Source: Gemmatimonadaceae bacterium (GTDB lineage Bacteria; Gemmatimonadota; Gemmatimonadetes; Gemmatimonadales; Gemmatimonadaceae). Taken from it: a stretch of DNA of 56,856 bases. The stretch covers positions 1-56,856 of the forward strand of contig DASVNI010000338.1 in the NCBI GenBank assembly GCA_036383935.1, written 5' to 3'. The notes under the pieces are model-generated. The model was given only the letters and a program-made list of their open reading frames with translations. It did no database searches and was not told where the DNA came from. Within the stretch, counting starts at the first letter, position 1. Every line of letters begins with the position of its first letter. This document shows, piece after piece, positions 25,575-35,247 of the stretch. Both the position numbers and the translations under genes were made by a program.

Positions 25575-25976
25575 ATGGCAGCGAAGAAGAGAGGCGGCAG
25601 CAAGCGAAGCGCTGGCAAGAGTTCGGCGCGCCGCGGTGGCGCCAAGCGTGGCGCCAAGCGCGCGTCGGCGAAGAAGGGCGGCGCGAAGAAGGCCGCGAAG
25701 AAGGCCGCACGCGCTGCCGGCTTGCGCAGGGTAGCCAAGAAGCGCACGGTGAAAAAGGCCGCCGTCAAGAAGGCCGCGAGAAAGGCGGTGGTGAGAAAGG
25801 CCGTGGTGAAAAAGGCCGTGGCCAAGCGCAAGACCGCAAAGCGCAAATCATCGCCGCTGGCTCGGGTGAAGCGCGTCGCGACGGGCGTCGTCGAACAGGC
25901 GCAATCGGCGGTGACGCACGGCGTCGAAGTGGTGAAAGAGGCCGCCGAGAACATCGTGGAGCGCGTCTCGGGCTGA
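25575..25976 (+). CDS. Lys/Ala-rich histone H1-like protein, second copy
   Basis: MAAKKRGGSKRSAGKSSARRGGAKRGAKRASAKKGGAKKAAKKAA.... GAGGAG lies 8 nt upstream. 133 aa. The C-terminal ~40 aa are non-repetitive. Confidence 0.75.
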   Translation: MAAKKRGGSKRSAGKSSARRGGAKRGAKRASAKKGGAKKAAKKAARAAGLRRVAKKRTVKKAAVKKAARKAVVRKAVVKKAVAKRKTAKRKSSPLARVKRVATGVVEQAQSAVTHGVEVVKEAAENIVERVSG

Positions 25977-26007
25977 CCCTCCCCCTCGCGCGCCACGTCG
26001 ATCGGCG

Positions 26008-26880
26008 TCAGTCGATGTGGCGCGCGAGGAAGTCGGACACCAGCGACGCCACCGCGTCGCGGCAATAGTCCACCGTGATCACATGTCCGCACCCGGCGAC
26101 CCATTGTCGCTCGGTGGGGCCACGGAGCGTCGCCGTCGCCTTCTCCGCGCGCGCGGCGGGGATCCGATTGTCTTCGCGAGAGTTCACGACCAGCGTCGGG
26201 ACGGTGATCGACGACAGGGCTCGGCGCCCCGCTGCCGCCGTCGCACAGAGTGCGCGCAGCGCGGCCGGCGGGAATATGCCGTACGCGTAGCTGCCCTCGC
26301 GAGCGACCGGGTCGTGCACCGATTCGTCCCCTCCGCGCCCCGAGAGATATGGCACGGCGAGCGACCACGCCGGTGCCAGCCGCCCCACCAGCGTGACGGA
26401 GGGCGGCGGCGTGAGATACGGCGCAAGGAGAACGAGCACGCGCACCTCGGGACGTTCCGCCGTGAGCCGCGCGCCGAGCGCGCCGCCCATGGACAGTCCG
26501 ACGATGCCGACCCACGAGTATTGCGCCAGGAGCGCATCGAGCTCCGCGCGGGCGGCACGCGCATAGTCGTCTGCCGTTGCAGCGGCAAAATCACGAAGAC
26601 CGCGTCCGTGGCCGGGGAGAAGGGGCGCGCGTACGGTGAAGCCCTCGCTGTGCAGGCGGCCGCCGAGGTACCGCAGGGTCTGCGGCGTGTCGCCGCTACC
26701 ATGCAGAAGGAGTAGCGCCCGCTCCCCTGGAGCCGAAAGCGTGAATCCCTCGGCCCCGGAAACGACGCCGTCGGAGGCCGGCGGTCGTAGCGCGGTATAC
26801 GCACGCTCCGCGCGTCGTCCCGCGGCAAGTCGCGCCGCCCCGGCGACCGCCGCGGCCAGAATAATCAGAGACCAGATCAT
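26008..26880 (-). CDS. Alpha/beta hydrolase (esterase/lipase type)
   Basis: LLLHGSGDTPQ, nucleophile elbow GLSMGG, C-terminal GCGHVIT. N-terminal TM/signal. Confidence 0.82.
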   Translation of the reverse strand: MIWSLIILAAAVAGAARLAAGRRAERAYTALRPPASDGVVSGAEGFTLSAPGERALLLLHGSGDTPQTLRYLGGRLHSEGFTVRAPLLPGHGRGLRDFAAATADDYARAARAELDALLAQYSWVGIVGLSMGGALGARLTAERPEVRVLVLLAPYLTPPPSVTLVGRLAPAWSLAVPYLSGRGGDESVHDPVAREGSYAYGIFPPAALRALCATAAAGRRALSSITVPTLVVNSREDNRIPAARAEKATATLRGPTERQWVAGCGHVITVDYCRDAVASLVSDFLARHID

Positions 26881-26900
26881 CGAGTGAGCGCCCTGTACAC

Positions 26901-28070
26901 TCAGTAGCGTCGCATCGAAGGATCGACGTCGAGTGTCCAGCGATCGATGCCACCGACAAGGTTACACGCGCGATCGAACCCCTGCTCACGGAGCCACTCG
27001 ACCGCTGCGGCACTGCGCAGTCCATGGTGGCAGTAGACCACGATCTCCTCTGAACGATCCAGGGTGTCGAGCACGTCGGGCAGGTTGTTCAATGGCACCA
27101 GCCGTGCCTCGGGCAATCGGGCAATTGCCCATTCGTGTGGCTCGCGCACATCCAGCAGCAGCGGTGCGTCGCCGCGCTCGAGGCGAGCCGCCAGCGCGGC
27201 CGGCGTGATCTCGTCGTCGGTGCCGCGCGCTGAAGATTCAGTGTCGAGCTGGCCCACGCCACAGAACGCCTCGTAGTCGATGAGCGCTGTGATCTCGCGT
27301 CGGCCGCAAGCGACGCAATCGGCATCCTTCTCCAGGCCGATGGTGCGGAACCGCATGCGAAGTACATCGACGAGCAGCAACTGTCCGGCGAGCGTCTCCC
27401 CGATGCCTGTGATCAGTTTGATCGTCTCCGCGGCCTGGATGACGCCGATCAGGCCGGGTACCACCCCCAGCACTCCGCTATCGGCGCAGTTCTGCACCAG
27501 CGCAGGTGGCGGCGGCTCGCGGAACAGACAGCGGTAGCAGGGGCCGTCGCCTGAGGAGAAGACTGACGCCTGCCCTTCGAATCTGAGCACGCTTCCGTAG
27601 ACGTTCGGCTTCCCGAGCAGCACGCAGGCGTCGTTGACGAGGTAGCGCGTCGCGAAGTTGTCGCTTCCATCGACGATCACATCGTAGCCGGCGAGGAGCT
27701 CCATGGCGTTGCTGCTCGTGAGTCGCGTGTGATACGTCGCGACGTCGACGTGCGGATTGAGGGCGCGAACGCGCTCCTCGGCCGACGCGACCTTGGCTCG
27801 GGCGACGTCGCGGGTGGTGTGGATTATCTGCCGCTGCAGGTTGCTCAATTCCACCGAGTCGGCGTCGACGATGCCAAGATGCCCGATGCCCGCCGCGGCC
27901 AGATAGAGCGCGGCGGGCGCGCCAAGGCCACCCGCACCGACGAGCAGTACGCGAGCAGTCTTGAGACGTCGCTGCCCCGCTTCCCCCACTTCGGGGAGAA
28001 TCAGATGGCGGTGATAGCGATGCCACTCGTCGGATGTGAGCGGCGGGGCGAGGGGGCTGGAAATTGGCAT
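26901..28070 (-). CDS. MoeB/ThiF-type adenylyltransferase fused to a rhodanese domain (MoeZ-like sulfurtransferase)
   Basis: LLVGAGGLGAPAALYLAAAGIGHLGIVDAD..SNLQRQ. Zn-type CYRC/CVAC pairs. C-terminal rhodanese with VVYCHHGLRS. Confidence 0.9.
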   Translation of the reverse strand: MPISSPLAPPLTSDEWHRYHRHLILPEVGEAGQRRLKTARVLLVGAGGLGAPAALYLAAAGIGHLGIVDADSVELSNLQRQIIHTTRDVARAKVASAEERVRALNPHVDVATYHTRLTSSNAMELLAGYDVIVDGSDNFATRYLVNDACVLLGKPNVYGSVLRFEGQASVFSSGDGPCYRCLFREPPPPALVQNCADSGVLGVVPGLIGVIQAAETIKLITGIGETLAGQLLLVDVLRMRFRTIGLEKDADCVACGRREITALIDYEAFCGVGQLDTESSARGTDDEITPAALAARLERGDAPLLLDVREPHEWAIARLPEARLVPLNNLPDVLDTLDRSEEIVVYCHHGLRSAAAVEWLREQGFDRACNLVGGIDRWTLDVDPSMRRY

Positions 28071-28139
28071 TCGGTCTCGCGGGCGTCGGCGAGAGTATAA
28101 GCCCGCGAGTCGGCGCTCGGTTCGATCGGCGAACCGGTC

Positions 28140-28856
28140 CTATTGCAGCGGCGCGGTCTGCGAAACCTCGCCCAACGACGGGACGAGGAGGAGATCGTCG
28201 CCGGTTCGGTCCAGCCTGTCGAAGAGACGCTGGGACGGCGTCACGAACAGCGTGCTCCCCGACCGCTCGACGAGTCCCTCACCGGTCAGTCGACCAAGGA
28301 CGAGCGAGACGGACTCGCGTGTTGCGCCCACGAGCTCGCAGAGGAGGCGATAGCGCGAGCTGCACAACTCGATGCGACCGTCCTCGGTGAGGAAGCTCTC
28401 GTGCGTGGCCAACCGGCGGAGTGCCGCAACCAGCCGTTGCTCGACCGAGAGCGTCGTGAGCTCGCGCAACTTCTCCAGGAGCGCAGTACGCTCCGCCATG
28501 ATCTGACCGATGACCGTGAGTGCGCGGTTTGGCTGTTCGCGGACGAAGGCGCGCAGATTGGCGGAGCTGAGAAAGAGCGTTTCCGTCTCCTCGTCGGCCC
28601 GCGCGTCGGTTGCGTATTGCCCGTGCTGCGAGAGGCCCTCGGCACCGAACGTCTCACCCGGGGTGGCCACCCACGGGACGAAGCCGCGGCCGGCGCGGAC
28701 CCGGCTGCGGAGGACGACACGCCCGCGCGTGACGATGAACACCCCGTCCGCGCTCGTGCCTCGCTCATAGATCTGAAAGCCTGCGGGCCACGACGCACGT
28801 GCGGCGTAGCCCTGCAGTGCGATGCGCTCGCTTTCGGACAGGCGCGCGATAGCCAT
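28140..28856 (-). CDS. Crp/Fnr family transcriptional regulator
   Basis: cNMP-binding beta-roll (GVFIVTRGRVVLRS...GETFGAEGL) plus C-terminal HTH (ELVGATRESVSLVLGRL). ATG 28856 is preferred over TTG 28883, which overlaps the upstream gene. Confidence 0.85.
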   Translation of the reverse strand: MAIARLSESERIALQGYAARASWPAGFQIYERGTSADGVFIVTRGRVVLRSRVRAGRGFVPWVATPGETFGAEGLSQHGQYATDARADEETETLFLSSANLRAFVREQPNRALTVIGQIMAERTALLEKLRELTTLSVEQRLVAALRRLATHESFLTEDGRIELCSSRYRLLCELVGATRESVSLVLGRLTGEGLVERSGSTLFVTPSQRLFDRLDRTGDDLLLVPSLGEVSQTAPLQ

Positions 28857-28876
28857 GCCTGTGCCTTCGTCTCGGG

Positions 28877-31126
28877 TCACCAACTTAGCCTCCCCTCACG
28901 TTCTGGCTTTCGCGGCGACGCAATTGGCAGGCCGGAGGGCTGGCGCGAGCTCAACCGCAACCGCTTTGTAGCAGAAACATCTGACGAAATGGAAGACGTT
29001 CGGCGCGAGCGTGCGAGGGCACGGTGGGCCCGCGTCAACGCGCGCGTGGCGTCATCGAACCGGCGTGCGAGATCCGACAGCTCTTCTGCCACGAGACGCT
29101 CGTCCCCAGCGCGGATCGCCTCGTTGACCGATGGGAACGTCATGTTCGCGTATCCGTTGTTCTCGTCAGCGACGTAGATAAGGTTGCGATACCATGGCCG
29201 ACTGCGCAAACCAGCCGGCCGCGTCAGTGCGCGCTCCACGTCGCGCAGGGCGGCGTTCGTCTCGTCGAAGCGCGCGCCCGGAAGGCTGGTCGCGAGCGTC
29301 GAGTCGCGGGTCGCGGCGAAGCTCGTTGCCTCCCGTTCCATGCGTCCGATGGCACTGCGCAGCTCGAGCGTCGGCCCACCCCACCCTTTCAGCGACAGAG
29401 TCCGTTCGATCGGCGTGATGTAACGCTGCATCGTGCGCGCGAACTCCACGTAGTCGTACGGCAGCACGTCGGCGTTCGCGAGGCGTAACACCATGGCGGC
29501 GGCGATTCGAGCCGCTGTCGCATGATACGCGAAGTCGGGATCCCCGAATCGCGCCATCCACGCGAAGTCGTCGTACTGCGAGTGGTAGCTGCCGGACTCG
29601 CCGCCGAAGCCCCAATCCGCGATCGGGATGCCCAGGTGATTGTAGAAGCCGGCGAAGTCGGAGCCCCCGCCCGGGTCCGTCATTGGGGGTGAGGTGGTGT
29701 CAACGACACCGACGGCGCGCTGCCACTCCGCGAACACGCTCCCTCTGCCATTCGGATCGGGGACCAGGCGCGCGACATCGCGAACGACCGCGCGCAACGA
29801 CGGCGATCCTCCAGCGCCGAATCGCGCGCCCTCCACCGCCACGTCCTGGTTCAGATACGCAACCGCGCCGCGCGCGAGTCGCAGCGAATCATCCTCGACG
29901 TACTCCGTGGATCCAATGAGTCCCCACTCCTCGGCGTCCCATGTCGCGAAGACGATGGTCCGCTTTGGCCGATGACCGGCACGCACGGCCTCCATGACGG
30001 CGCGCGCCGCCTCGAGCACGCTCACGGTACCGCTCACGTTGTCGGCGGCGCCCGGCCCCCACGCGTCACGGTGACCGCCGATGATCACAAGCTCGTCCGG
30101 CCGCTCGCTGCCACGAATCACGCCGAAGGTGTCGTAGATCGGCTTCGTTCCATTGCTCGCACGATCATCCGTGACCTGGATCCGTGCACGGACCGGCCCG
30201 GGCCCGAGGTGGTAGCGAAACGGCAGCCCTCCCTGCCACGCGCTCGGGATCTCGCGCCCCCGCAAGCCGGCGAGCAGCTCGCCTGCATTCGCATAGGAGA
30301 TCGGCACGACGGGGATGTGGGGAATGTCCATCTGAGCGGGCTCGAGACGCCGCGAGGAGCGCGTACTCGGGTAGCCGGGCGTCGCCGGATCGCCGGCGCC
30401 GTTCATCACGCTCCCGCGTTGGACGCCGTTCCAGTTCCGCATCGGGCCTTCGGGGTAGATGTCCCCTCGCACGAAGCCGTCACTCTGTGGATCGCTGTAG
30501 ATCAGCAGCCCTATCGCGCCGTTCCGTTCCGCCTCACGGGCCTTGATGCCGCGAAACGAGCGGCCGTACCGCGCCACGGCGATGCGTCCGCGAACCGAGA
30601 CGCCGAGCGAATCGAGGCGAGCGTAGTCCTCGATCAATCCGTAGTTCACGAACACGACGTCGCCCGTCACGTCGCCGGTACCGCTGTACCCGTTCACCGT
30701 GAGGAATTGGCGCGCGGCGGAGGTCGAGTCCCCCGCCACGGGCGGCTCCTCGAGCGACAGCTCCTTCTCCGTCGGTGCCGTCCGCCACACACGAACGCTC
30801 GTCGGATACGGCATGAAGGCGTCGTACGTGCGCACTTCCGTCTCGAGCCCGATCGCGCGCATCTGCGCGATCACGTAGTCGCGCGTGCGTTCCTGCGCGG
30901 GTGAGCCCGCAACGTGCGTCTCTTTCGAGAGCTCCCGTGAGTGGGTACGGGCGGTGCTCGGGTTGGGCCTTGCGATGGCGTCGGCTTCCAGCGCTCGCTG
31001 CCGCGCGGCGCCGGCGACGGTGAAGCCCGGCATCGGCGGTGGCGTGCGCTCCTGAGCGCGCACGGGGCCGGCAAACGCCAACGCGAGGAGGAAAATCTGA
31101 GTGAGACGGCTGGAGAGAGATCGCAT
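28877..31126 (-). CDS. M28 family peptidase, glutamate carboxypeptidase II / transferrin-receptor-like (PA + M28 + dimerisation domains)
   Basis: Signal peptide present. GGHRDAWGPGAADNVSG, WDAEEWGLIGSTEYVE, HSQYDDF. Confidence 0.88.
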   Translation of the reverse strand: MRSLSSRLTQIFLLALAFAGPVRAQERTPPPMPGFTVAGAARQRALEADAIARPNPSTARTHSRELSKETHVAGSPAQERTRDYVIAQMRAIGLETEVRTYDAFMPYPTSVRVWRTAPTEKELSLEEPPVAGDSTSAARQFLTVNGYSGTGDVTGDVVFVNYGLIEDYARLDSLGVSVRGRIAVARYGRSFRGIKAREAERNGAIGLLIYSDPQSDGFVRGDIYPEGPMRNWNGVQRGSVMNGAGDPATPGYPSTRSSRRLEPAQMDIPHIPVVPISYANAGELLAGLRGREIPSAWQGGLPFRYHLGPGPVRARIQVTDDRASNGTKPIYDTFGVIRGSERPDELVIIGGHRDAWGPGAADNVSGTVSVLEAARAVMEAVRAGHRPKRTIVFATWDAEEWGLIGSTEYVEDDSLRLARGAVAYLNQDVAVEGARFGAGGSPSLRAVVRDVARLVPDPNGRGSVFAEWQRAVGVVDTTSPPMTDPGGGSDFAGFYNHLGIPIADWGFGGESGSYHSQYDDFAWMARFGDPDFAYHATAARIAAAMVLRLANADVLPYDYVEFARTMQRYITPIERTLSLKGWGGPTLELRSAIGRMEREATSFAATRDSTLATSLPGARFDETNAALRDVERALTRPAGLRSRPWYRNLIYVADENNGYANMTFPSVNEAIRAGDERLVAEELSDLARRFDDATRALTRAHRALARSRRTSSISSDVSATKRLRLSSRQPSGLPIASPRKPEREGRLSW

Positions 31127-31143
31127 GCGTGCCGTGAAGATGG

Positions 31144-31758
31144 TCAGTCGAGCTCCGACATGGCTCGTCGGATCGCTATACGCAGCTGCGACTCGCGCTC
31201 CGACGCACTGCCGACACTCGGAGTGAGGGCGCCGAACAGACGCAGCATCTCGCCCTCCACGAACGGTCCCCGGTCGCGAACCCCGAGTGCGTCGAGCGAG
31301 CGCTCCGCGAGGACGCGCAGCTCGTCACGTGTCTTGGGGTCGAGCGCGGCCAGCGTCGGCGCCGCCGCGGGGGCAGGCGCCGCCTCCCGTTCGGGTCGGC
31401 TCTTCGCAGCATCGACCATGGCGCTGATCGGCGCGACCGTGACGACGAACGAACCTGGCGTGTGCTCGGCAAATGCTTCGACCACGCCTTTCCGCCGAAG
31501 CTCGTGGAAGACGCGGATCGCCGCTTCCCGGACCACTGCGACGCCGGTCTCACTGTTGTTCCCGCGGCCCGTGATGATCAGGAGCTCTTCCGATTTCTGA
31601 ACCTGATGCTGGCGGAGCCACGCCTCCAGGCGCCGAGCGGCTTCGGCGCCCGTCGGAAGCGACTCCCGCAGATTCAGCGTGCGGGCCGCGCCGAATCGAA
31701 CTTCATCGAACGCGCGCTGGAGCCCGGCCAGCCCGTGAATCCGGCGCGACTCCGCCAT
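31144..31758 (-). CDS. Smr domain protein
   Basis: LNLRESLPTGAEAARRLEAWL....LLIITGRGNNSETGVAVVREAA matches the Smr (LDLHG...ITGkGxhS) pattern, but with the His replaced by Arg. ATG 31758 avoids overlap with the upstream gene. Confidence 0.6.
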   Translation of the reverse strand: MAESRRIHGLAGLQRAFDEVRFGAARTLNLRESLPTGAEAARRLEAWLRQHQVQKSEELLIITGRGNNSETGVAVVREAAIRVFHELRRKGVVEAFAEHTPGSFVVTVAPISAMVDAAKSRPEREAAPAPAAAPTLAALDPKTRDELRVLAERSLDALGVRDRGPFVEGEMLRLFGALTPSVGSASERESQLRIAIRRAMSELD

Positions 31759-31765
31759 CGCGACG

Positions 31766-33388
31766 TCAGTGGTTCGTTCTGCCGACGAGCGCCCGCTCGA
31801 GCACGCGTCCATCCAGTCGCTCGATCGGCGTCACGCCGAGGATCCGCGCGAGCGTCGGCGCGGCATCGGCGACGAGCGCCCGCTCGGCATAGCGCCCCGG
31901 GCGAATGCCCGGTCCGTAGAAGATCACCGGGACATGCGCGTCGTCGTCGTAGGGCGTTCCGTGCTCGGCGATCGATGCGCCTGCCGGGTAGGCGCCCTGC
32001 ACCGGCGTCACGACCAGCTCGATCGGTAGATCTGGCGGGAGCATGTGCAGCCAGCGCCGGCTCACAGCGTCGTTCACCGTATCACGTCGTGCGAGATCGC
32101 GGACGCGGTCCACGCGCGCGATACCGGGCTGACGGCGAAGCGCGTCGGCAAACCGCGCGAGCACCGGATCGGGATCGACATGAGCGAGCGCGAACGCCTC
32201 GCGGTCGACGAGCACGAGCGCCCCGTCGAACTCGACCGCCGACGTGTCGACGCCCGAGCGTGCGAGCGTCGCCTGGAGCTCGGCGAATGGCTTCGCGACG
32301 TCGTAGCGCGGCGGCGGCGCCCGATGCGCGCGCTGCGCAACCAGCTCGGGGAACGACGTCACACCATGGTCCGCGGTGAGGGCGAAGACGATCGTCGACG
32401 AATCGCGCAGCTTGTACAGCGAATCGATGAACGCCCCGAGCGCGCGGTCCAGCCGGAGGATGTTGTCGTGCTGCTCGCGCGAATCGGGACCGAAGCGATG
32501 GCCGACGTAGTCCGTCGCCGACAGCGAGATGGCGAGGATGTCCGGCTGTGGGCCACGCCCGAGGTCGAGCGCCTGGAGTCCTTCGAGCGCCGCGTCGAGT
32601 GTGAGCTGGTCCATCATCGGCGTTCCCGGGAACGCACCCGCCACGCGCGCCGTGTCACTTGGCATCACATGCGGGAAGGTGAAGTCGCGGCCGGCCGACT
32701 CCTGCGGCACGCTGTCCGGCTCCGCGTACTCACGTGCGGGGAGCAGGAGTGTCCACGCTTCTCCTGCGAACCGCTGTGGCACTCTCCGAGCGTTCACGCG
32801 GCGGATCCAATCGGGGAGCGTATCCCCGTAGTAGCGACTGGTGGTGAACTGTCCGCTCGACGTCGCATACCAGAACACGTTCTGCTTCGCGCGCCCGAGC
32901 GGAAGGATCGCTCCCCGGTCCTTGCGCGAGATGGACAGCGCGCGCGAACGCGGATCCTTGACGCGAAGCCAGTCGAACAGGACGGAGCCGCGAAATCGGA
33001 ATGGCGAGGCGCCCGGATCGCGCGACGTGAGTAGTGGCGCCTGCGGATCTTCCACCCCGGCGGCGTTCCGCACGATTCCCGTCGATCTCGGAAAACGCCC
33101 GGACATCGTCACCGAATGTCCCGGCGCGGTCTCCGTGATGGCGTGATCCTGGAAGGCGTTCGTGAAGAAGGCACCCTGGCGCGACAGCCGAGCGAGTCCT
33201 CCCGTGAGTTGTCGCGCCCAACGATCGAAGTAGTCGGGGCGCATCTGATCGACCGTGATGAAGACTACGAGCTGTGGTCGAGCAGCAGCGCGTGGAGGCA
33301 CCGGCGCTGCCGCCGCATCACGAAAGAGCGCACCGGCGATCACGCAGGCGAGAACGGGAGCGACTCGCAGGAGCCGGCGCTGAGGCAT
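31766..33388 (-). CDS. Alkaline phosphatase superfamily protein (nucleotide pyrophosphatase/phosphodiesterase type)
   Basis: VVFITVDQMRPDYF, TAPGHSVTMSG, TDYVGHRFGP, LTADHG. Signal peptide present. Confidence 0.85.
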   Translation of the reverse strand: MPQRRLLRVAPVLACVIAGALFRDAAAAPVPPRAAARPQLVVFITVDQMRPDYFDRWARQLTGGLARLSRQGAFFTNAFQDHAITETAPGHSVTMSGRFPRSTGIVRNAAGVEDPQAPLLTSRDPGASPFRFRGSVLFDWLRVKDPRSRALSISRKDRGAILPLGRAKQNVFWYATSSGQFTTSRYYGDTLPDWIRRVNARRVPQRFAGEAWTLLLPAREYAEPDSVPQESAGRDFTFPHVMPSDTARVAGAFPGTPMMDQLTLDAALEGLQALDLGRGPQPDILAISLSATDYVGHRFGPDSREQHDNILRLDRALGAFIDSLYKLRDSSTIVFALTADHGVTSFPELVAQRAHRAPPPRYDVAKPFAELQATLARSGVDTSAVEFDGALVLVDREAFALAHVDPDPVLARFADALRRQPGIARVDRVRDLARRDTVNDAVSRRWLHMLPPDLPIELVVTPVQGAYPAGASIAEHGTPYDDDAHVPVIFYGPGIRPGRYAERALVADAAPTLARILGVTPIERLDGRVLERALVGRTNH

Positions 33389-33457
33389 CGATTGTTTCCT
33401 GTCGGTAGTGCGCGAGGCAGAGAACCCTTCCCTGCTCCGGCAGCGGTGGTGCGAAAT

Positions 33458-34018
33458 CTAAGCGGCGTGCGCGGGCCTGATCGACCCGACGACCACGCCC
33501 CCGGCGCGATCGATCTGCTCGACGGGCGGGGCCGGAGCCTCGTCCTCGATCAGCAGGTTGCGCGCAAAACAGATCTCGTTGCAGGCGAAGCGGCGCGTGC
33601 ACGCGAGACAATCGCGGCGGATCTTCTCCGGATACCGCGCGCGGTCGACGCGCTCGTAGCCGATGGCGGAGAAGAAGTCAGGCTGCAGCGTGAGCGCGAA
33701 TACGTCGTAGATGCCGCGCATGCGCGCGAGGTCCTCGACGCGCCGCACGATCGCGCGTCCGAGTCCCTGTCCATGCGCTTCGCGGGAGACCGCAATCGCG
33801 GCGATCTCGGCCACACTCGGCGAATACTCCTTGAGCGCGCCGCAGGCGAGGATCTCGCCGGCCGGCCCCTGCGCGACGATGTAATCGTCGATGGCCAGCG
33901 AGATCATCTCCGGCGTGCGCAGCAGCATCTGCCCTTCTGCGGCGAACGTGTTGTTCAGCCGCGAGATCGCCACCGCGTCCTGCGGACGTGCCCGACGCAC
34001 GAACACGTCAGGGGCCAT
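33458..34018 (-). CDS. GNAT N-acetyltransferase, probable short-form N-acetylglutamate synthase
   Basis: Acetyl-CoA site AVSREAHGQGLGRAIV. It is the last gene of the argC-B-D string, with a TGATG junction to argD. Cys-rich tail DCLACTRRFACNEIC. Confidence 0.7.
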   Translation of the reverse strand: MAPDVFVRRARPQDAVAISRLNNTFAAEGQMLLRTPEMISLAIDDYIVAQGPAGEILACGALKEYSPSVAEIAAIAVSREAHGQGLGRAIVRRVEDLARMRGIYDVFALTLQPDFFSAIGYERVDRARYPEKIRRDCLACTRRFACNEICFARNLLIEDEAPAPPVEQIDRAGGVVVGSIRPAHAA

Positions 34019-35247
34019 CAAAGAACCTCTTCGAGGATCTGCAGCCCGCGGGCGAGCTCCTCCTTGGTGGCGACGAGCGGCGGCAGCAACCGCACGGTGT
34101 ATTCGCCGGCCGTGAGGACCAGCAGGCCGTTCGCCTGCGCTTCGCTCACGACGTGCGACGCGGTCCCCATGACGTCGAGCCCCCAGATGAAGCCCGCGCC
34201 ACGCACCTGCCGGATGCGGCTCGTGCGATGTGCGATCTCGCCGAGCTCGTGTCCGAACCAGGCCCCGGTCTCGCGCACGTGCGCGAGCAGCGCTGGATCC
34301 GACAGGCGGTCGAGCACGTGCAGCGCGACGGACGCCACGAAGGGGCCGCCACCGAACGTGGTCCCGTGGTCACCGTACTGCATGGCGCTCGCGATCGATT
34401 CCGTCATCAGCACGGCGCCCATCGGCAGCCCGCCGGCCAGCGGTTTGGCGAGCGTGACCATGTCCGGCACGACACCGATCTGTTCGTAGGCGAACAGCGA
34501 TCCGGTGCGACCGAGCCCGCACTGAATCTCGTCGAAGATGAGGGCGATGTTGCGCGACGCCGTGACGGCGCGCAGCTCGCGCAGGAAACCGTGGTCGAGG
34601 ACTCGGACACCGCCCTCACCCTGAATCGGCTCGACGATCACGGCCGCGACCGTATCCGCGTTGAGCGCCGCATCCAGCTCCTTCAGGTCGCGCTCGAAGA
34701 TCGAGATGCCTGGCGCGAGAGGACGGAACGGCAGTCGGTAGTTGGGACGGTCGGTGGCCGCCAGCGTCCCGAACAGTCGGCCGTGAAAGGCGCCGCGCAG
34801 CGCGACGATCTCGTGCTTCGCCTCGCCCTGCGTGCGCGCCCAGCGACGCGCAATCTTGAAGGCGCCTTCGTTGGCCTCTGCGCCGGAGTTGCAGAAGAAC
34901 ACCTTGTCCGCGAACGAGCGCGCGACGAGTGCCGCGGCAAGGCGCTCGCCGGGCGCGGTGTGGTAGAGATTGGACGTGTGGATCAATCCCTCGGCGGCGG
35001 CGTGCAGCGCCCCCTTGAGCCCCGCGTCGTCGTAGCCGAGCGAGTTCACGGCGATGCCGCTGCCGAAATCCAGGTACGCCTTTCCTTCCGCATCGTAGAG
35101 GTACACGCCGCTGCCACGCACGAGCTCCACCGGCGCGCGCTTGTACGTCCCGAGGATCGCGCTTTCCAGCGGTGCCGGAGTCTGAGCCGCGGACACGGTG
35201 CCCTGCGCGGAACTCTCGGTCGTCGGCTTCATGGTCGATGCGGTCAT
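34018..35247 (-). CDS. argD: Acetylornithine aminotransferase
   Basis: Class-III aminotransferase motifs (GSGIAVNSLGY, DEIQCGLGRTG, TLAKPLAGG). ATGA overlap with the argB stop. Confidence 0.9.
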   Translation of the reverse strand: MTASTMKPTTESSAQGTVSAAQTPAPLESAILGTYKRAPVELVRGSGVYLYDAEGKAYLDFGSGIAVNSLGYDDAGLKGALHAAAEGLIHTSNLYHTAPGERLAAALVARSFADKVFFCNSGAEANEGAFKIARRWARTQGEAKHEIVALRGAFHGRLFGTLAATDRPNYRLPFRPLAPGISIFERDLKELDAALNADTVAAVIVEPIQGEGGVRVLDHGFLRELRAVTASRNIALIFDEIQCGLGRTGSLFAYEQIGVVPDMVTLAKPLAGGLPMGAVLMTESIASAMQYGDHGTTFGGGPFVASVALHVLDRLSDPALLAHVRETGAWFGHELGEIAHRTSRIRQVRGAGFIWGLDVMGTASHVVSEAQANGLLVLTAGEYTVRLLPPLVATKEELARGLQILEEVL

